Shown here piece by piece: positions 11,501-25,119 of a stretch of DNA of 64,000 nt (position 1 is its first letter; each line of letters opens with the position of its first letter). The notes below the pieces were generated by a model that saw only the letters and a list, made by a program, of their open reading frames with translations, did no database searches and was not told the origin of the DNA. Both the position numbers and the translations under genes were made by a program. The DNA comes from Mobula hypostoma (Eukaryota): the NCBI RefSeq assembly GCF_963921235.1, contig NC_086116.1, positions 23,870,001-23,934,000 of the forward strand, written 5' to 3'.

Positions 11501-13649
11501 CTTGGGCTTGATTTTAAAAACCATCATGCATGCAATGAATTCTTACCAAGCACAACACAATTCCCAATGTACTAATTTGTATATAATATGGGTGAACTCC
11601 GAGGTACTTTTTATCATTACAGTAGTGACCCCAGCAGAACTCATATTTGAACCATAAAATCTGAGATTTAATCACTAAGGTCAACAGGTACTGCCTCACT
11701 CATGAACTCCCTTTAGAACTTGCACAGTGTATTGAGAAACAAAGTCATACATGACCTCAAATAAATTAATAATTTAATGCAAGATCCATAGTGTTTATAA
11801 ACCAGAAATACAGAAACATTCACACTTGGATTAAAAAAAAATAACTTTGAATTTTGAACTTTGAATATCAGAAACAGGAGTAAGCCAATCTGCTCCTCAA
11901 TTCTGCTCAGCTATTCAATATGATCACAGCTGAAGCAATTTTGTCTCAACACAGATTTCCAAGTTCTTCTTCCATGTCCATTAACTCCTTTCTTATTCAA
12001 GTATGTCAAATTCCTGCCTGAATACATTCAGTGACCCCCATCTCTACAGCTCTCTGGAGAATGACTATTAAAAGCAAAGCAAACTCTGCAGAATGTCAGT
12101 AACCTGAAATATGAAAGGAAGCACTAGCAATAATTTTCATCAGTGGGGAGAAAAATAAGTTAATTAGATAATCTCTCAAATTTAATGGAATGGTTTTCTT
12201 TTGAGAAGCTGTGAAGGCTATGCTACTTATTACTTGTTGTTTGAGAACATGACCAATAAATCATATCAATTAAATAGAGTATTTTCCACAAAGAGTGAGG
12301 AGAGAGATTCCCTCCTAATTTGAAACGTTACTATTGAAGCATCCAATTTTCCCATAGCTTTCCGAAGTCAGCAAATAAAAGTAAAGAGCTGCTTTGGATT
12401 ATATTACTTGGGATAATATCAAAAATGTCATTACTCAAGAACAACAGTCACTGTTTTGAAATAAATGCTGTTGTCAGTCAAGGGACCAACTACAGAATTT
12501 ATTCAGATCTAAAATGTAAACAAAGCCGGTGCAATAGTGATTCTATACACTTCACCTACGAGTCCAATACAGGTAGATACCTCAATATAAAGTATAAATA
12601 CATTTATTATTGTCACATGTACTGAAGTACAGTGAAAAACTGTTCTTACATACTATTCACACAAATCAATTCATTGCAACAGTACATTGAAATATAACAA
12701 GGGGAAAAAAATAACAAAAATCAGAATAAAATGTTACAGTTCTGGTGTTACTGTGCAGGGAAACAATAAGGCACAAAGGTATAACAAGGTAGATTGAGGG
12801 GTCAAGAGACTATCTTATCACACTGTGGAAAAAAATCCAATTGAGTCACTGAAATACAATTGTATCTGTCTATTCAAGAAATATGAAATACTGCACAGTT
12901 CAAAGAAAAGCTGGTTGTTCTCCAAATATCTTGGCCAACATTCTTTAGTAACAAAGTTGGCTGGCAAGATATTTGATTTCTGTTGATAGGTAAAATGTCA
13001 GCATACAATGACATTAATCTTTTCTTCATGATAACTATTTTGTGATGATATTATAATGATGCAAAAAAAATACCATATTACAAGTATATTTACTAATTAA
13101 AACTTCCCACAATCCCATTTGCTTTGATTTTTAATCTAGATTTCACCTAAGATTATTTTGATGTAATTCATAAGAAATAGGAGGCAGGGTGGGGAAAGAC
13201 TGCTATAGACATAATGCAGTTCAACCAGATTCGCAATACTTATCAAATAAATAAATTGGACTTTGCAATCAGCAAAAAATGTTAATCTGGTCCTTCACCT
13301 GTCTGATCAGTTCTTATGAGAGTTAAGATATGCACTTCTCTCTCTTTACTGGCATATAGTTGTTGTTTAAAATATATATATCATCAGGAGGCAACATTTG
13401 GGAGTCAAGAGAATAAATTTTCTCTTCATTCTTATGTGACTAAAATCATAATTTATAGACACAATAAAACACATGTGATAAGAATTTGTGAAATTCCAAG
13501 TATCAGTTACATAGGATTAGTTCATTTTGAGGAATAATGGCACAAAATTAAGGTTTGTAGTCTATAATAGACTGGAAAGCTTCTTCCACTGACTATCACT
13601 CTCTACTCCTGATCCATAATTTGTAATTTTATTGCTTAATTGGTCATAA

Positions 13650-14250
13650 AAGCAGCAGCAAGCCATTTGGCTGCCGTATCTGATCTATTAAGCAACATCA
13701 CATTCTCGCACTGACCCCAAATCTCTGGATTCTTTCAATATCCAAAATTCTATTGATAAATCTTTTGTGTACTTGGCCATTGAGCCAACATGGCCCTCTT
13801 GTGTGGAAGATTCCCAAAATACACTATCCTCTGAGTGAAGAATTATTTTTCTCTCAACTTAGTTCCAAAGTGCCAACCTGATAAGTAGATTTTGCACATC
13901 ACAGCCAGAAGAGAAATCAATTCCATAACTACCCTAAAAAGCAACCAAAGAATTTTGTGTTTTACTAAGGTGATGCAAGATTTATCTCTATTCTCCTAGA
14001 GTATTGGCCCAGCCTGCTTTATCTCTCCTCAGATGACAAATGCACCATCATATGATCACTCTGGTAAACCTACATTGCACTCTTTCCATTCCAACTAGGT
14101 CTCTTCTTGGGCTAGAAGCCAATCCTGTATACAATGCTCTAGACCACAGCAGGACCCAAAAAGCAATTTTTACCCAATCCTCTTGCAACATTCTTTGCCT
14201 TCCTAATTGCTTGAACTTTAGTAACTCATGAACAGGTTCTCCCTGTCCAC
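13650..14250 (-). mobile_element. Degenerate CR1/L2 LINE fragment
   Basis: Minus-strand ORF ends ..RRDLVGMERVQCRFTRVI, the LINE ORF2 'LERVQRRFT' motif. Confidence 0.6.
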
Positions 14251-14879
14251 CTTCCAAACTTGATAATTGGACATTTCATAAACAGCCTTGCTTTGGTGAT
14301 CATCTACTTAGTCATTTTTGCGGTCTTTGCTAAGCGGGGGCATGATAAAATAAGTGTTGGGGGGGTGGTTTAAATATTATCTCATAGCCATCGTGCTGGA
14401 ACGTTACAATATCTCTCTGCGGATGGAGAGCTGAAATGGCTAAATAGGGAATTGATATTTCTTATCTGTTTTACAGTTCACAACTTAGTGGAATTTCCAT
14501 TTCAAAAACATCCACTGATGGAATCTGAGAGAAAAGGATAAAATTTAACTAATAATGTTCTGGAGCTATAGGTACTTTGCTCTGGTATTTAGATTGGTTA
14601 TTCGGTTTTGTAAATTGCCCCTAGCTTTTGGGCAAGTGGTAGAATCTGGGGGAAGATGAGAATACAACATGGAATTAAAGTAGAATAAACATATCAAGTG
14701 CTGGTAGTCAAGGGTGGACTTGACAGGATAAAGAGATTGTATCATGTAGAATGATTTTCTAACTCCATTATCAACCATGTACAGATACACTATGTAGAAA
14801 CTGCAATCAGTCATTGCTTTTAGATTAATATTTCATTCAAAACAAAACCTACTTACAAAAATGGCACAGCTAGTCATTT

Positions 14880-15198
14880 AAATAAAATAAAGATATCCGT
14901 TAGTCTTGTGAGACCATGGATCTGTGCCTGGAAAGTCTTCACTCTCCAGGGCGCAGGCCTGGGCAAGGTTGTATGGAAGACCGGCAGTTGCCCATGCTGC
15001 AAATCTCCCCTCTCCATGACACCAATGTTGTCCAATGGAAGGGCAAGGGCCAATACAGCTTGGCACCAGTGTCGTCGCAGAGCACTGTGTGGTTAAGTGC
15101 CTTGCCCAAGGACACAACACGCTGTCTCGGCTGGGGTTCAAACTCATGACCTTCAGGTCGCTAGTCAAATGCCTTAACCACATGGCCACGTGCCCACA
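14880..15198 (-). mobile_element. tRNA-derived SINE with ~10-bp TSD
   Basis: Minus strand starts GTGGGCACGTGGCCATGTGGTTAAGGC (A box) ... GAGTTTGAACCCC (B box) ... GTGTCCTTGGGCAAGGCACTTAAC; TSD CTAGTCATTT (14870-14879) / CTAGTTATTT (15199-15208). Confidence 0.8.
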
Positions 15199-15667
15199 CT
15201 AGTTATTTGGAATAATGTTATTTTGCTACATCTGTCACAAATGCTTCCTCTGGGAAAAGGTAAAACCACCTCAAAAGAAAGTCAAAACTATCTTTGGCAA
15301 ACAGCCATATTCTGATTTTAGCTGGACAAATACATATTGAGAAAGAGGATGTCTTTGGCCAATGCGCTTAAAAGTTTCAGTTCCAGAAAGGAGCACATAT
15401 AGCCAAAAGCCTAACAGCTGAAAAATAAGGCTTGTCGATATGTAATACATTAATGTATCAATACTTTAAAATCTACACATTACTACTTCCAGATACAAAT
15501 TTTAAAAATCTTACTTTCCCCACTTAATGCACAGAAACTGATATGTCTAACGAAAATGAATTAAGTTACTGCTCAAACTAGAACAATAAAGTCTCCATGA
15601 AATAGACTGCATTATGGTACAAAATACATCACGTCATACAGGAAAGAAACATCATAAGATTTATTCA

Positions 15668-15793
<126 letters not shown>

Positions 15794-16199
15794 CTAAGTG
15801 AAATTTTAAAATATTAATTTACTTGGAAGCAAGAGTCATTAACCATGCCGATTCTGTATTAATTAAGCTAGAAGGATTTAATATTTAAATGCTTAAATGA
15901 TCTCATGTTAGTAATTATAGTTTAATTTAAATAATAAACAATTTTAAATATGTTAGTCATGCTTAATTCCAAAAAGCAATATGCAAAACTGAAGAATTTT
16001 TAAGGGAAAATATTTAAAATAAGAGCACTGTTAGTCCGCTACAACACTTAATTATAAATTTCATGTAGGAAAACGTTTTTTTAAATTCATTACTGTCTCC
16101 ACATCAGTAATTAACACTTTTTAAAATCCTACCATGTACATTTAAGAGTGTAAACATATGAAAATGCTAAAGATACAACTTAAATTCATTGCATTGACA

Positions 16200-16890
16200 G
16201 TGAAGATAATACAAGGCATGTCCTAGCTGACAACTAAAGCAGGCATACCTCAAGCTTAACCCACTGTTCTACTCTCTCTACACGCAAGTCTGAGTGGCAA
16301 GGCATCACTCAAATGCTAGCTATATATTTGCTGATGACAGCACCACAGTTGCTGGCAGAATCACAGATAGCAATGAAAGCATATAGGAACGAGACAGAGA
16401 TCAGCAAATTGAGTGATGTGATGACAACCTTACACTCACACAGTTGTGCCATGAGGAACATTCTGACTGGTTGCATCACCACCTAGTATGAAGGCTCCAA
16501 AGCACAGGTTCACAAGGGGCTGCAGTAGACTTGGCCAGCTCTGTCAGAAGCACAAAGCTCTCCACCATTGAGAGCATCTTTAAAAGGTGGTTCTTCTAGA
16601 AGGCAGCATTCATTATTTAGGACCCTCACCATCTGTGAACTGTCCTCTTCTCATTACCACCATCAAGGAGGATATAGGAGCCTTAAGAACCACACTCAAT
16701 GTTTTTGAAATCTCTGTCATCAAATTTCTGAACTGTCCACGAAGACGTGAACACTATCTCACTATTCCTTGTTGCACTATTTATCTATTTTAACATAATT
16801 TTATTAATTTAGTAATTTTAATGTCTTGCACTGGACTATGTGCCAAAATAACAAATTTCATGATATATGCCAGTGATAATCAACCTGATG
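16200..16890 (+). mobile_element. Degenerate Rex1/Babar LINE 3' fragment
   Basis: ..P.LFSLYT..., FADDST.VG motif (TTTGCTGATGACAGCACC), ILTGCITT motif and Rex1-like 3' UTR. Confidence 0.6.
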
Positions 16891-17625
16891 CTCAGAACTT
16901 GCTTTCCACTGGTCACAGCGAGTCAGATTGCTCTACTTTACAATCACGATTGATCCAATTTCTATTTGCATCTATCACAAGCACAAGGTGACATCTTTGA
17001 TTTTGTATATTAACTTTCACTGAAGTCAGAAATAGAACAATCTGCCTTTCAATGTTGTTATTTATGTTAATCTCTTTTTTTTCCATATTTCTCCTCACAT
17101 TCTCATCAACTCTTTTAGAGATTCTGCCATTCACCTACATGCTGGAAGTAAATTACAGTGGCCAGTTAAGCAATCAATCCCCACACCTATGGGACCTGAG
17201 AGGAAAATCGAACCGTCCAGAAGAAACCCAATCGATCACGGAGAGAACATACAAACCCTACTCAAACAGGATTGACCCTGGGTCTCTGATGCTGAGGCCT
17301 AATACTGCTCACAATACTCCTAATGTGGTCTTATAAAGCCACAGCACTACATCTTCATGATTTTATATTCAAATCCTCTCAAAATGTATGCTAACACTTC
17401 ACTTGCCTTCCTTACTACTGACTTAACCTACAAGTAAATTTTTAGGAAAACCTCCACTTTTACACCTTTAGAAGCTTACACCCTTGTCTAAAAGGGAGGA
17501 ACAGGGCTTGTTCTGCTGAGCATGCGGAGCGTGCTATGTTAGTACTGGAATATGTAGCAAGACTTGCAGCTGCCCCCAGCACATCCTCTGTGTGTTGGCT
17601 GTTTATGCAGACCACACACTTCACT

Positions 17626-18837
17626 CAAACGTGAGGAAATCTGCAGATCTGGAAATTCAAGCAACACACACAATACTGGTGAACGCAGCAGGCCAGGCAG
17701 CATCTATAGGAAGAGGTACAGTCGACGTTTTGGGCCGAGACCCTTCATCAGGACTAACTGAAAGAAGAGATAGTAAGAGATTTGAAAGTGGGAGGGGGAG
17801 GGGGAGATCCGAAATGATAGAAGACAGGAGGGGGAGGGATGGAGCTAAGAGCTGGAAAGTTGATTGGCAAAAGGGATACAAGGCTCGAGAAGGGAGAAGA
17901 TCATGGGACGGGAGGCCTAGGGGGAAAGAAAGGGGGAGGGGAGCACCAGAGATCAATATAGTGAGAGGGACAGAGGGAAAAAGAGAGAGAAAGAAAGGGG
18001 AAAAAAAAGTAAAAATAATAAATAAATAAATAAGGGATGGGGTAAGAAGGGGAGGAGGGGCATTAACGGAAGTTAGAGAAGTCGATGTTCATGCCATCAG
18101 GTTGGAGGCTACCCAGATGGAATATAAGGTGTTGTTCCTCCAACCTGAGCATGGCTTCATCTTTACAGTAGAGGAGGCCATGGATGGACATATCAGAATG
18201 GGAACGGCACGTGGAATTAAAATGTGTGGCCGCTGGGAGATCCTGCTTTCTCTGACGGACAGAGCGCAGGTGTTCAGTGAAACGGTCTCCCAGTCTGCGT
18301 CGGGTCTTGCCAATATATAGAAGGCCACATCGGAAGCACCGGACGCAGTATATCATACCAGCTGACTCACAGATGAAGTGTCGCCTCACCTGGAAGGACT
18401 GTCTGGGGCCCTGAATGGTGGTGAGGGAAGAAGTGTAAGGGCATGTGTAGCACTTGTTCCGCTTACAAGGATAAGTGCCAGAAGGGAGATTGGTGGGAAG
18501 GGATGGGGGGGGGGATGAATGGACAAGGGAGTCGTGTAGGGAGTGATCCCTACAGAAAGCAGAAATGGTGGGGGGGGGAGGGAAAGATGTGCTTGGTGGT
18601 GGGATCCTGTTGGAGGTGGCAGAAGTTACAGAGAATTATACATTGGACCTGGAGGCTAGTGGGGTGGTAGGTGAGGACAAGGGGAACCCTATCCCTAGTG
18701 GGGTGGCGGGAGGATGGGGTGAGCAGATGTGCGTGAAATGGGAGAGATGCGTTTGAGAGCAGAGTTGATGGTGGAGGAAAGGAAGCCCCTTTCTTTAAAA
18801 AAGGAAGACATCTCCTTCGTCCTGGAATGAAAAGCCA
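17626..18837 (-). mobile_element. Penelope-like element 3' part with GIY-YIG endonuclease
   Basis: ORF 18063-18389 IYCVRCFRCGLLYIGKTRRRLGDRFTEH...HFN...RLEEQHLIFHLGSLQPDGMN is the Penelope GIY-YIG signature; upstream RVPLVLTYHP motif; pseudo-LTR-like 3' tail. Confidence 0.9.
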
Positions 18838-18840
18838 CAA

Positions 18841-19056
18841 TCAGTACCCCATTCCTGCCTTCCCCCCATATTCCTTGACTCCACTATCATTAACAGCTCT
18901 ATCTAACTCTTTCTTGAAAGCATCTAGAGAATTGGCCTCCACTGCCTTCTGAGGCAGAGCATTCCTCAGATCCACAACTCTCTGGGTGAAAAAGTTTTTC
19001 CTCAACTCCGTTCTAAATGGCCTACCCCTTATTCTCAAATTGTGGCCTCTTGTTCT
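18841..19056 (-). mobile_element. CR1/L2 LINE 3' fragment
   Basis: RGRPFRTELRKNFFTQRVVDLRNALP..FKKELD. Confidence 0.8.
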
Positions 19057-19259
19057 GAAGACAAATAAAGAAAATAATCCTGAAATATTTATGGTAACAG
19101 AAATACAAATTCAAATACAAGGACAGTAGACGGGAAATGGAGATTCAACCTAAATTGGAAAATGACTCATTAATCCAGAATCAACAGAATGAAAGAGAAT
19201 ATCACAAAAAGTCAGTAGGGGGCAGCATACTACAAGGATTAGTATGCCTGAAGAGGGCA

Positions 19260-20165
19260 ATAACTTTCAAGATTACTTAATGCCATTTCCTATACACAAG
19301 AGTAAAGAGAATCAAATTAATTGTTACTCTAGATCCAATGCTACACAAAAGATAAAGAACACAATAATAATTTTTAAAATGCAATAAATATAAATACATA
19401 AGATAGTTTCTATACATAGATTGAATGTATGTCCATAAGTGATGCTAGGCTGTACATAAGGTGACGGACGGAAAGTAATAAAGTAGTGGTGGAGTTATTG
19501 GATGGAGGTATTGATCAGCCTTACTGCTTGGGAAAAGTACCTGTTTTTGTGTCTGGTGGTCTGGCGTTGACGCTACATAGCCTCCTCCCTGATAAGGTGT
19601 GGGATAAACAGTCCATGAGCAGGGTGTGTGGGATCCTTTATGTTAATGGCCCTTTACTGGCACCTTTCTGTGTATATGCTCTTGATGGCAGATAGGCTGG
19701 TGCCAGTAATGCACTGGGCAGTTTTGACTACCTGTTATAGAGCCTTCCTGTCCATCACAAAGCAGTTGCCATACCAAGCAACGATGCAGCTTGTTAGGAT
19801 GTAACTCTGCATCTGTGAATTGACATGAGTATGGACGTGCAATGTCCAACTCTCTTCCGCCTCCTCAGCAAGTAGAGGCGTTGATGAGCTTTCATAACTG
19901 TGTAGGATGTGCTTTGAGATGATGAGAGCTGGTGTGCAATGTGTACTCCCAGGAGTTCAAAACTATTTGCAGTTTCTACTACTGTGCAACCCTTGTAAAG
20001 GAGGGTGTGAGTGGTGCGAGTTCTCCTGAAGTTGATAGCCATCTCCGTTGTCTTGTTAACATTAAGGAAGAGGTTATTTGCCTGGCACCAAGCCTCAAGC
20101 TCATCCACCTCCTCTCTGTAAGTCATCTCATTGTTGTTGCTGGTGAGCCCCAAAATAGTTGTGTC
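19260..20165 (-). mobile_element. Rex1/Babar LINE 3' fragment
   Basis: YREEV..L..WCQANNLFLNVNKT.EM..FRR, LGVHI, KAHQRLY.LRR are Rex1-type RT C-terminal motifs. Confidence 0.8.
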
Positions 20166-22379
20166 GTTTAAAAAAAAGGCTTTGTGTTCCTATGTGGTCC
20201 AAATGACTTTATTCACCAGTTAACTGACCACAATGAAAGAATGCATGAAAAAAAAATTCTGATCAATTGCAAACACCACAACCTTGCAAGGTACTTTAAT
20301 AAATTGAAAGCGACTTTTGAATATAACTGCAAGTATTGCAGTGCTTCTGTTCACTGGTAATATTTGAGTGCCAGTGGACACATCTGAATTCCAAACATTT
20401 TAGTAATTTTTCAATTTCAAGCAGAATCACAACCGACTAAATAGCTACAAATAAAAATTCATCAGTAAAATAAATGTCAATCACTACATCACACCAAAGG
20501 ACATATCAGCCTACAGAAATGTGTGGGTTTATGAATATTCCTAAAACTGAAGACAACTATAAATAAAATGAGCTTGTGCTTCTGCAAGAAAAACAATTAT
20601 TTAAAGAAAAACAACTACTCTTTGCAAGTTGACTTTTGAGCTGTAAGATTTTGGTAACTCGATTCATTTCAGAACTTCAAAGTTGCTGGTGAACACAGCA
20701 GGCCAGGCAGCATCTCTTGGAAGGGGTACAGTCGATGTTTCAGGCCGAGACCCTTTGTCAGGACTAACTGAATTTCCAGCATCTGCAGAATTCCTCGTGT
20801 TTTCATTTCAGAACTTAATTTTTTTGAGTTTTCATGAGACATGTACATATTATGAGCAAAAGGAACCAATGAAGGAAAGAACCATGAGAAACTATGTTTC
20901 CATATTGATTAAGTTGGGTTTAAAATGTCTGCCTATTGTTTGCACCAGTTCCTGGTTAAACCAACAGTTTAAATTCTTTAAGATAATTAGAAATTAGAAA
21001 TACCCGCATCCAACATACGCCTCCAAAATATATGTCGTCACTGATGGCAAGATCTAAACAATATTATATTCTTATGGGTATGTGGGTTCTTCCACATTGC
21101 GTGAGGAATAATCTCTATTGGAATCGCAATATCTTTGGCAGGTTTCCTACTTTCAAGGTCAGAACAGTAGAAATTGCATGACATATTTTGAACATTTTGT
21201 TTTGAAAATAACCCTACCAAAAGGCTAGAAAGAAACATTACCTCGAAGGATCCTCAATATACAAAAAATTACTTCTCTCAGGTTAGGCAAATTAAAGTTG
21301 CTTCTGAAGAAAGAGGGAAAATTTAGTGAGTAAGCAGACATCAAAACAGAGCTTGATGGAAGATTTTTTTTTCAGAAAAAGGACTGAGTGTTATGATGAT
21401 ACACCCAGGGAAAATAATGTCTATTTTTGGGCATTGAAAGTGGACACTAGCGGGAAGAGTAGCGGCAGTAAATCAGAGGACACAGGATCAGTTCGCCCTG
21501 AAGTAGCAGCATTCTATAGGATGTATGAGATGATCGTGGCTGACAAGGGAAGTCAAAGACAGCAGAAAAGGAAATGAGGGGGCACACAATATAGCAAAAA
21601 ATAGTGCAAAGCTAGAGGATAGGGAAGCTTTTAAAAACAAACAGAAGGCAATTAAAAAGCAATAAGGAGCAATAAGATCAAATATGAAAGTAAACAAGCC
21701 AACAATATAAATGATAATGCCAGAAGTTTTTTTTCAGATATCTAAGGAACAAAAGGCAGGTAAGAGTGGACATAGGACCACTGGAAAATAACACTTTAAT
21801 GGGGAACAAAGAAATGGCGGATGAACCTAATAAGTATTTTGCTTAAATCTTCAGCCAGAAATTTGATAATGTCAGGGAGCACGAGTGAATGTAGTCCCTA
21901 TTACTTAGAAGTGCTTGGGAAGCAGAAAGGTCTGAAAGTAGGTAAGTCACTTGGACCTAACAGACTACACCCTAAGGTGTGAAAGAGATAGCTGAAGAAA
22001 TTGGGGAAGTATTATATTAATATTTCAAGAATCACTAGATTCTGGACTGGTTCTGGAGGACTAGAAAATTGGAAATGTCACTCCACTCTTTAAGTAGGGA
22101 GGCACAGTAAATTATAGACCAGTTAAGGCTGATTTATACTTCTGCGTCAAATCAATGCCATACGTATGGCGTAGCCGCAAACCCTACACAGAGCCTACGC
22201 GAATCCCTACTCCGTAGCCTGACGCGCACCTCTCCGAAAATGTAACTATGCGTCGCGGCGACGCAGACAACAACTGTGATTGGTCCACTTGGTAGCATCT
22301 CATTTCCTCCTACGCATTTCCAGTTGCATATTCTTCCCCGCCATTTCAGAATTGAGAGAGAAGAACGTAAATTTGGAAA

Positions 22380-23450
22380 ATGGACCAAACTGAGGAGAGG
22401 TTAACGGAGGAAGTCCGAAAATGTGTACATTTGTACGACTCCTCATCACCATATCACAAAGACTGCCAAATGGCATCAAATTCATGGAATGAAATTTCCA
22501 AAAACATGGGTCTGGACATCATGGAATGCACAAAGAGATGGAAAAACTTGAGGGACAAGTACATGCTCGCCCGGAAAAAACTCTCCAAGAGGAGTGGGGA
22601 CCCAGTTGGAAAAAATTACCGGCGTTTTATTTGCCTCTTTCTTGGCTGGCACCATATATTAAGCACCAGGAAAGAGTCAAATTATGACGACGACAAGGTA
22701 AATATAACATGCTCTTTGTATCATAAACCTTTCTGTTGTTGTGTTTAGGTTAGCTAGCAAGCGAGCAGTACTGTCTAGTTGTAAACACGGTATATTCATT
22801 TGCGCAAAGATAATTCTTCAGTGAAAGAGAAATGTAATATGTAATAGGCTTTAATTGTATCTGGCTTGCTCATAAAGCAAACACAATAACCAGTATTCTG
22901 CCAATGTAGGCATATGCCTTTTTCTCGTTTTCATAGCTCTGCCAATCCGTGTACAGACACTGAATGTATATATTACCTGTATGTATGATAACAAAGACTA
23001 ACTTAAACTATTTGCAATTTCTTTCATAATCACAGGATGGAAATGATTCAGCCTCAGGGTTGTCCACCTCCTCAGTTGCTGAGGAAAACCAACCACCAGA
23101 CATTCCATCTTCAAGTACAGAATCATCATCAAGTAGTGAGGCAGCTCCTACGCCCCCCGCGCCAGCTCCTCCGCCCCCCGCGCCAGCTCCTCTGACCCCC
23201 AGTCCAAGGAAAGCACAGAGGAAGAAGAGGAAAGGACATGATGACTGGTTTCAGCAGCAGTTCACCCAGTTGGATGAACATCGGGTGAGACTGCAACAAA
23301 GACTGCTGAACGAAAATGATGAGGTCTCCAGGTTTGTGCAAGCACTGCTGACATGCTGCGGAGGCTGCCGGAGGAGCACAGAGCACAGACAACGTTCGAT
23401 GTCTACAAAATGGTATTTGAGAGGCAGCAGCAGAAACAATAAACAATTGC
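22380..23450 (+). pseudogene. Harbinger MADF/Myb-SANT DNA-binding protein (exons 22380-22697 and 23036-~23450), frameshifted
   Basis: LTEEVRKCVHLYDSSSPYHKD...NSWNEIS...ECTKRWKNLRDKY is a MADF domain; GT-AG intron 22698-23035; Ser/Pro-rich linker and basic RKKRK NLS-like patch. Confidence 0.85.
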
Positions 23451-23611
23451 ATTATCTATTATGTTGTCTTTTTTCATGTAACACTTTGCACCTTGTATAA
23501 TGTTGTGCACGGTACTGCAAATAAATAACAACTTGACTTCATAACAGGTCTTTTTTTTATTCCAACAGCTACATGTTATTTATAGATTCATTTATTTTAT
23601 GTCCTTACAAT

Positions 23612-25119
23612 TTACTGATTAAGTTGGCCACGACACACTATTTTGTTCGGCCATGGCAAAAATCCATCTGGTGATTGAAAGAAGGCTATCAGGTCGTTCT
23701 GTACACCAAGGGCAGCTCTGGTGAAGCAGCGCCTTGAAAGGTAATGAGGATCTAGAGGTTCCAAAAGATTCGTGTCCCCTGCCACCACTCTTCGCCACTC
23801 GCCTGGCTGAGGTGACCCTGTAGCGTCTTAGTCTGCAAAATTAGCAGGGGTGTATCTGCTCACAGGAGTGTTGGCTTCACCAGGTTAGGTGAGGAGGTTG
23901 AGTCGAACGATATAAGCTTTGACAATGTTCACTGCTTTGTCAGGCAGAAATTCTAGTCGGCGACCAAGGATTCTCCACCTTGCCACCAAAGTGCCAAATG
24001 TGTTCTCGATCACCCGCCTGGCTCTGGAGTGACGGTAGTTATACATCTGCTTTTCCATGGTCATATTCATCCCTATTTAGCAAAACATAAAAGATAAAAC
24101 TCAGAGTATTAATAAATAGAAAATTATTATGTGCCAATGTAGCTGTGATCACTACAAACATTTAGGGGAAAATATATATATTAAATCACACAAAGCAAGC
24201 AGGATTACTTAAAATTAAATGAAATTAATTTTCATGGAATTTAATGTCTCTGACATACCTGGAAAGGGTCGCATGAGATTGTTGTGTAGGGAGAACGCAG
24301 CATCACCAACGATTACATGCGGGATTCTGACTCCTGTTCCTGGAAGATTGACTGGTGGGGGCAGGTTCAGTTTGTGTTCAAGCAGCATAGAACCAAATCT
24401 GCTCTCCTTGAAGATGCCCCCGTCACTTTCCCGTCCGTATCCCCCTACATCCACCATGGTAAACCGATATCTGGCATCACAGACAGCCATCAGGACAATG
24501 GAGTGTGCGCCCTTGTAGTTGTAGTCATCGCTCCTGGCATGTGGCGGTGCCTTGATGTTCACATGTTTTCTGTCTATACTGCCGACACAGTTCCGAAAGT
24601 TCCACAGTCGCCAAAAATCAGCTGCAATAGCTTTCCATTGGGCAACTAAAGGGCAGGGAAGGAACTCTGGCTGCAATGCTTTCCATAAAGCTGTACAGAC
24701 CTCCGAAATTATGGAGGACACTGTGCTTGACACCATTTGTAGCTAGCTGCTACAGCCTGTTGACTTGCACTTAAAGCTAGAACTCGAAGGGTGATCGCCA
24801 GTTTCTGAGTAATGTCTATAGGTATACTGTGCGTAAACTGATGCGAAATAAATGGTTGGAGACGATGAACCAAATCATCAAATATACCTACTGATATCCG
24901 AAAATATTTAAAATGCATTTCCTCATCCATGTCTCTCAGTGAATGGACGAGCACAGCAAATTCACCCTCCTTCTGTCTCAATCCGTTCAATGGTCATACA
25001 CACCATTTCTTCCGACGCCTTCTCTCTTTTCTGCATTGCTGTAATTTCAATAAAAGTAATTCTTGTTTGACATTTATAAGCTTCAACTCCAACACGATGC
25101 GCTCAGTTTCCATCACCAT
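23612..25119 (-). pseudogene. Harbinger (HARBI1-like, DDE_Tnp_4) transposase with one intron (24073-24258), disrupted
   Basis: [53 protein letters not shown]|..[25 protein letters not shown]; in-frame stop (WCV*PLN) and frameshifts. Confidence 0.9.

Noticed and set aside
14880-15198. tRNA genes (also at 35797 and 51700)
   Set aside because: The tRNA-like heads continue into SINE bodies and tails with TSDs; no complete cloverleaf
17592-18029. 145-aa Arg/Gly-rich ORF
   Set aside because: Antisense reading of the low-complexity Penelope 3' region
22380-25119. Domesticated HARBI1/NAIF1-type host genes
   Set aside because: Enclosed by TIRs and a TSD inside a LINE, with stops and frameshifts; a transposon copy, not a host gene
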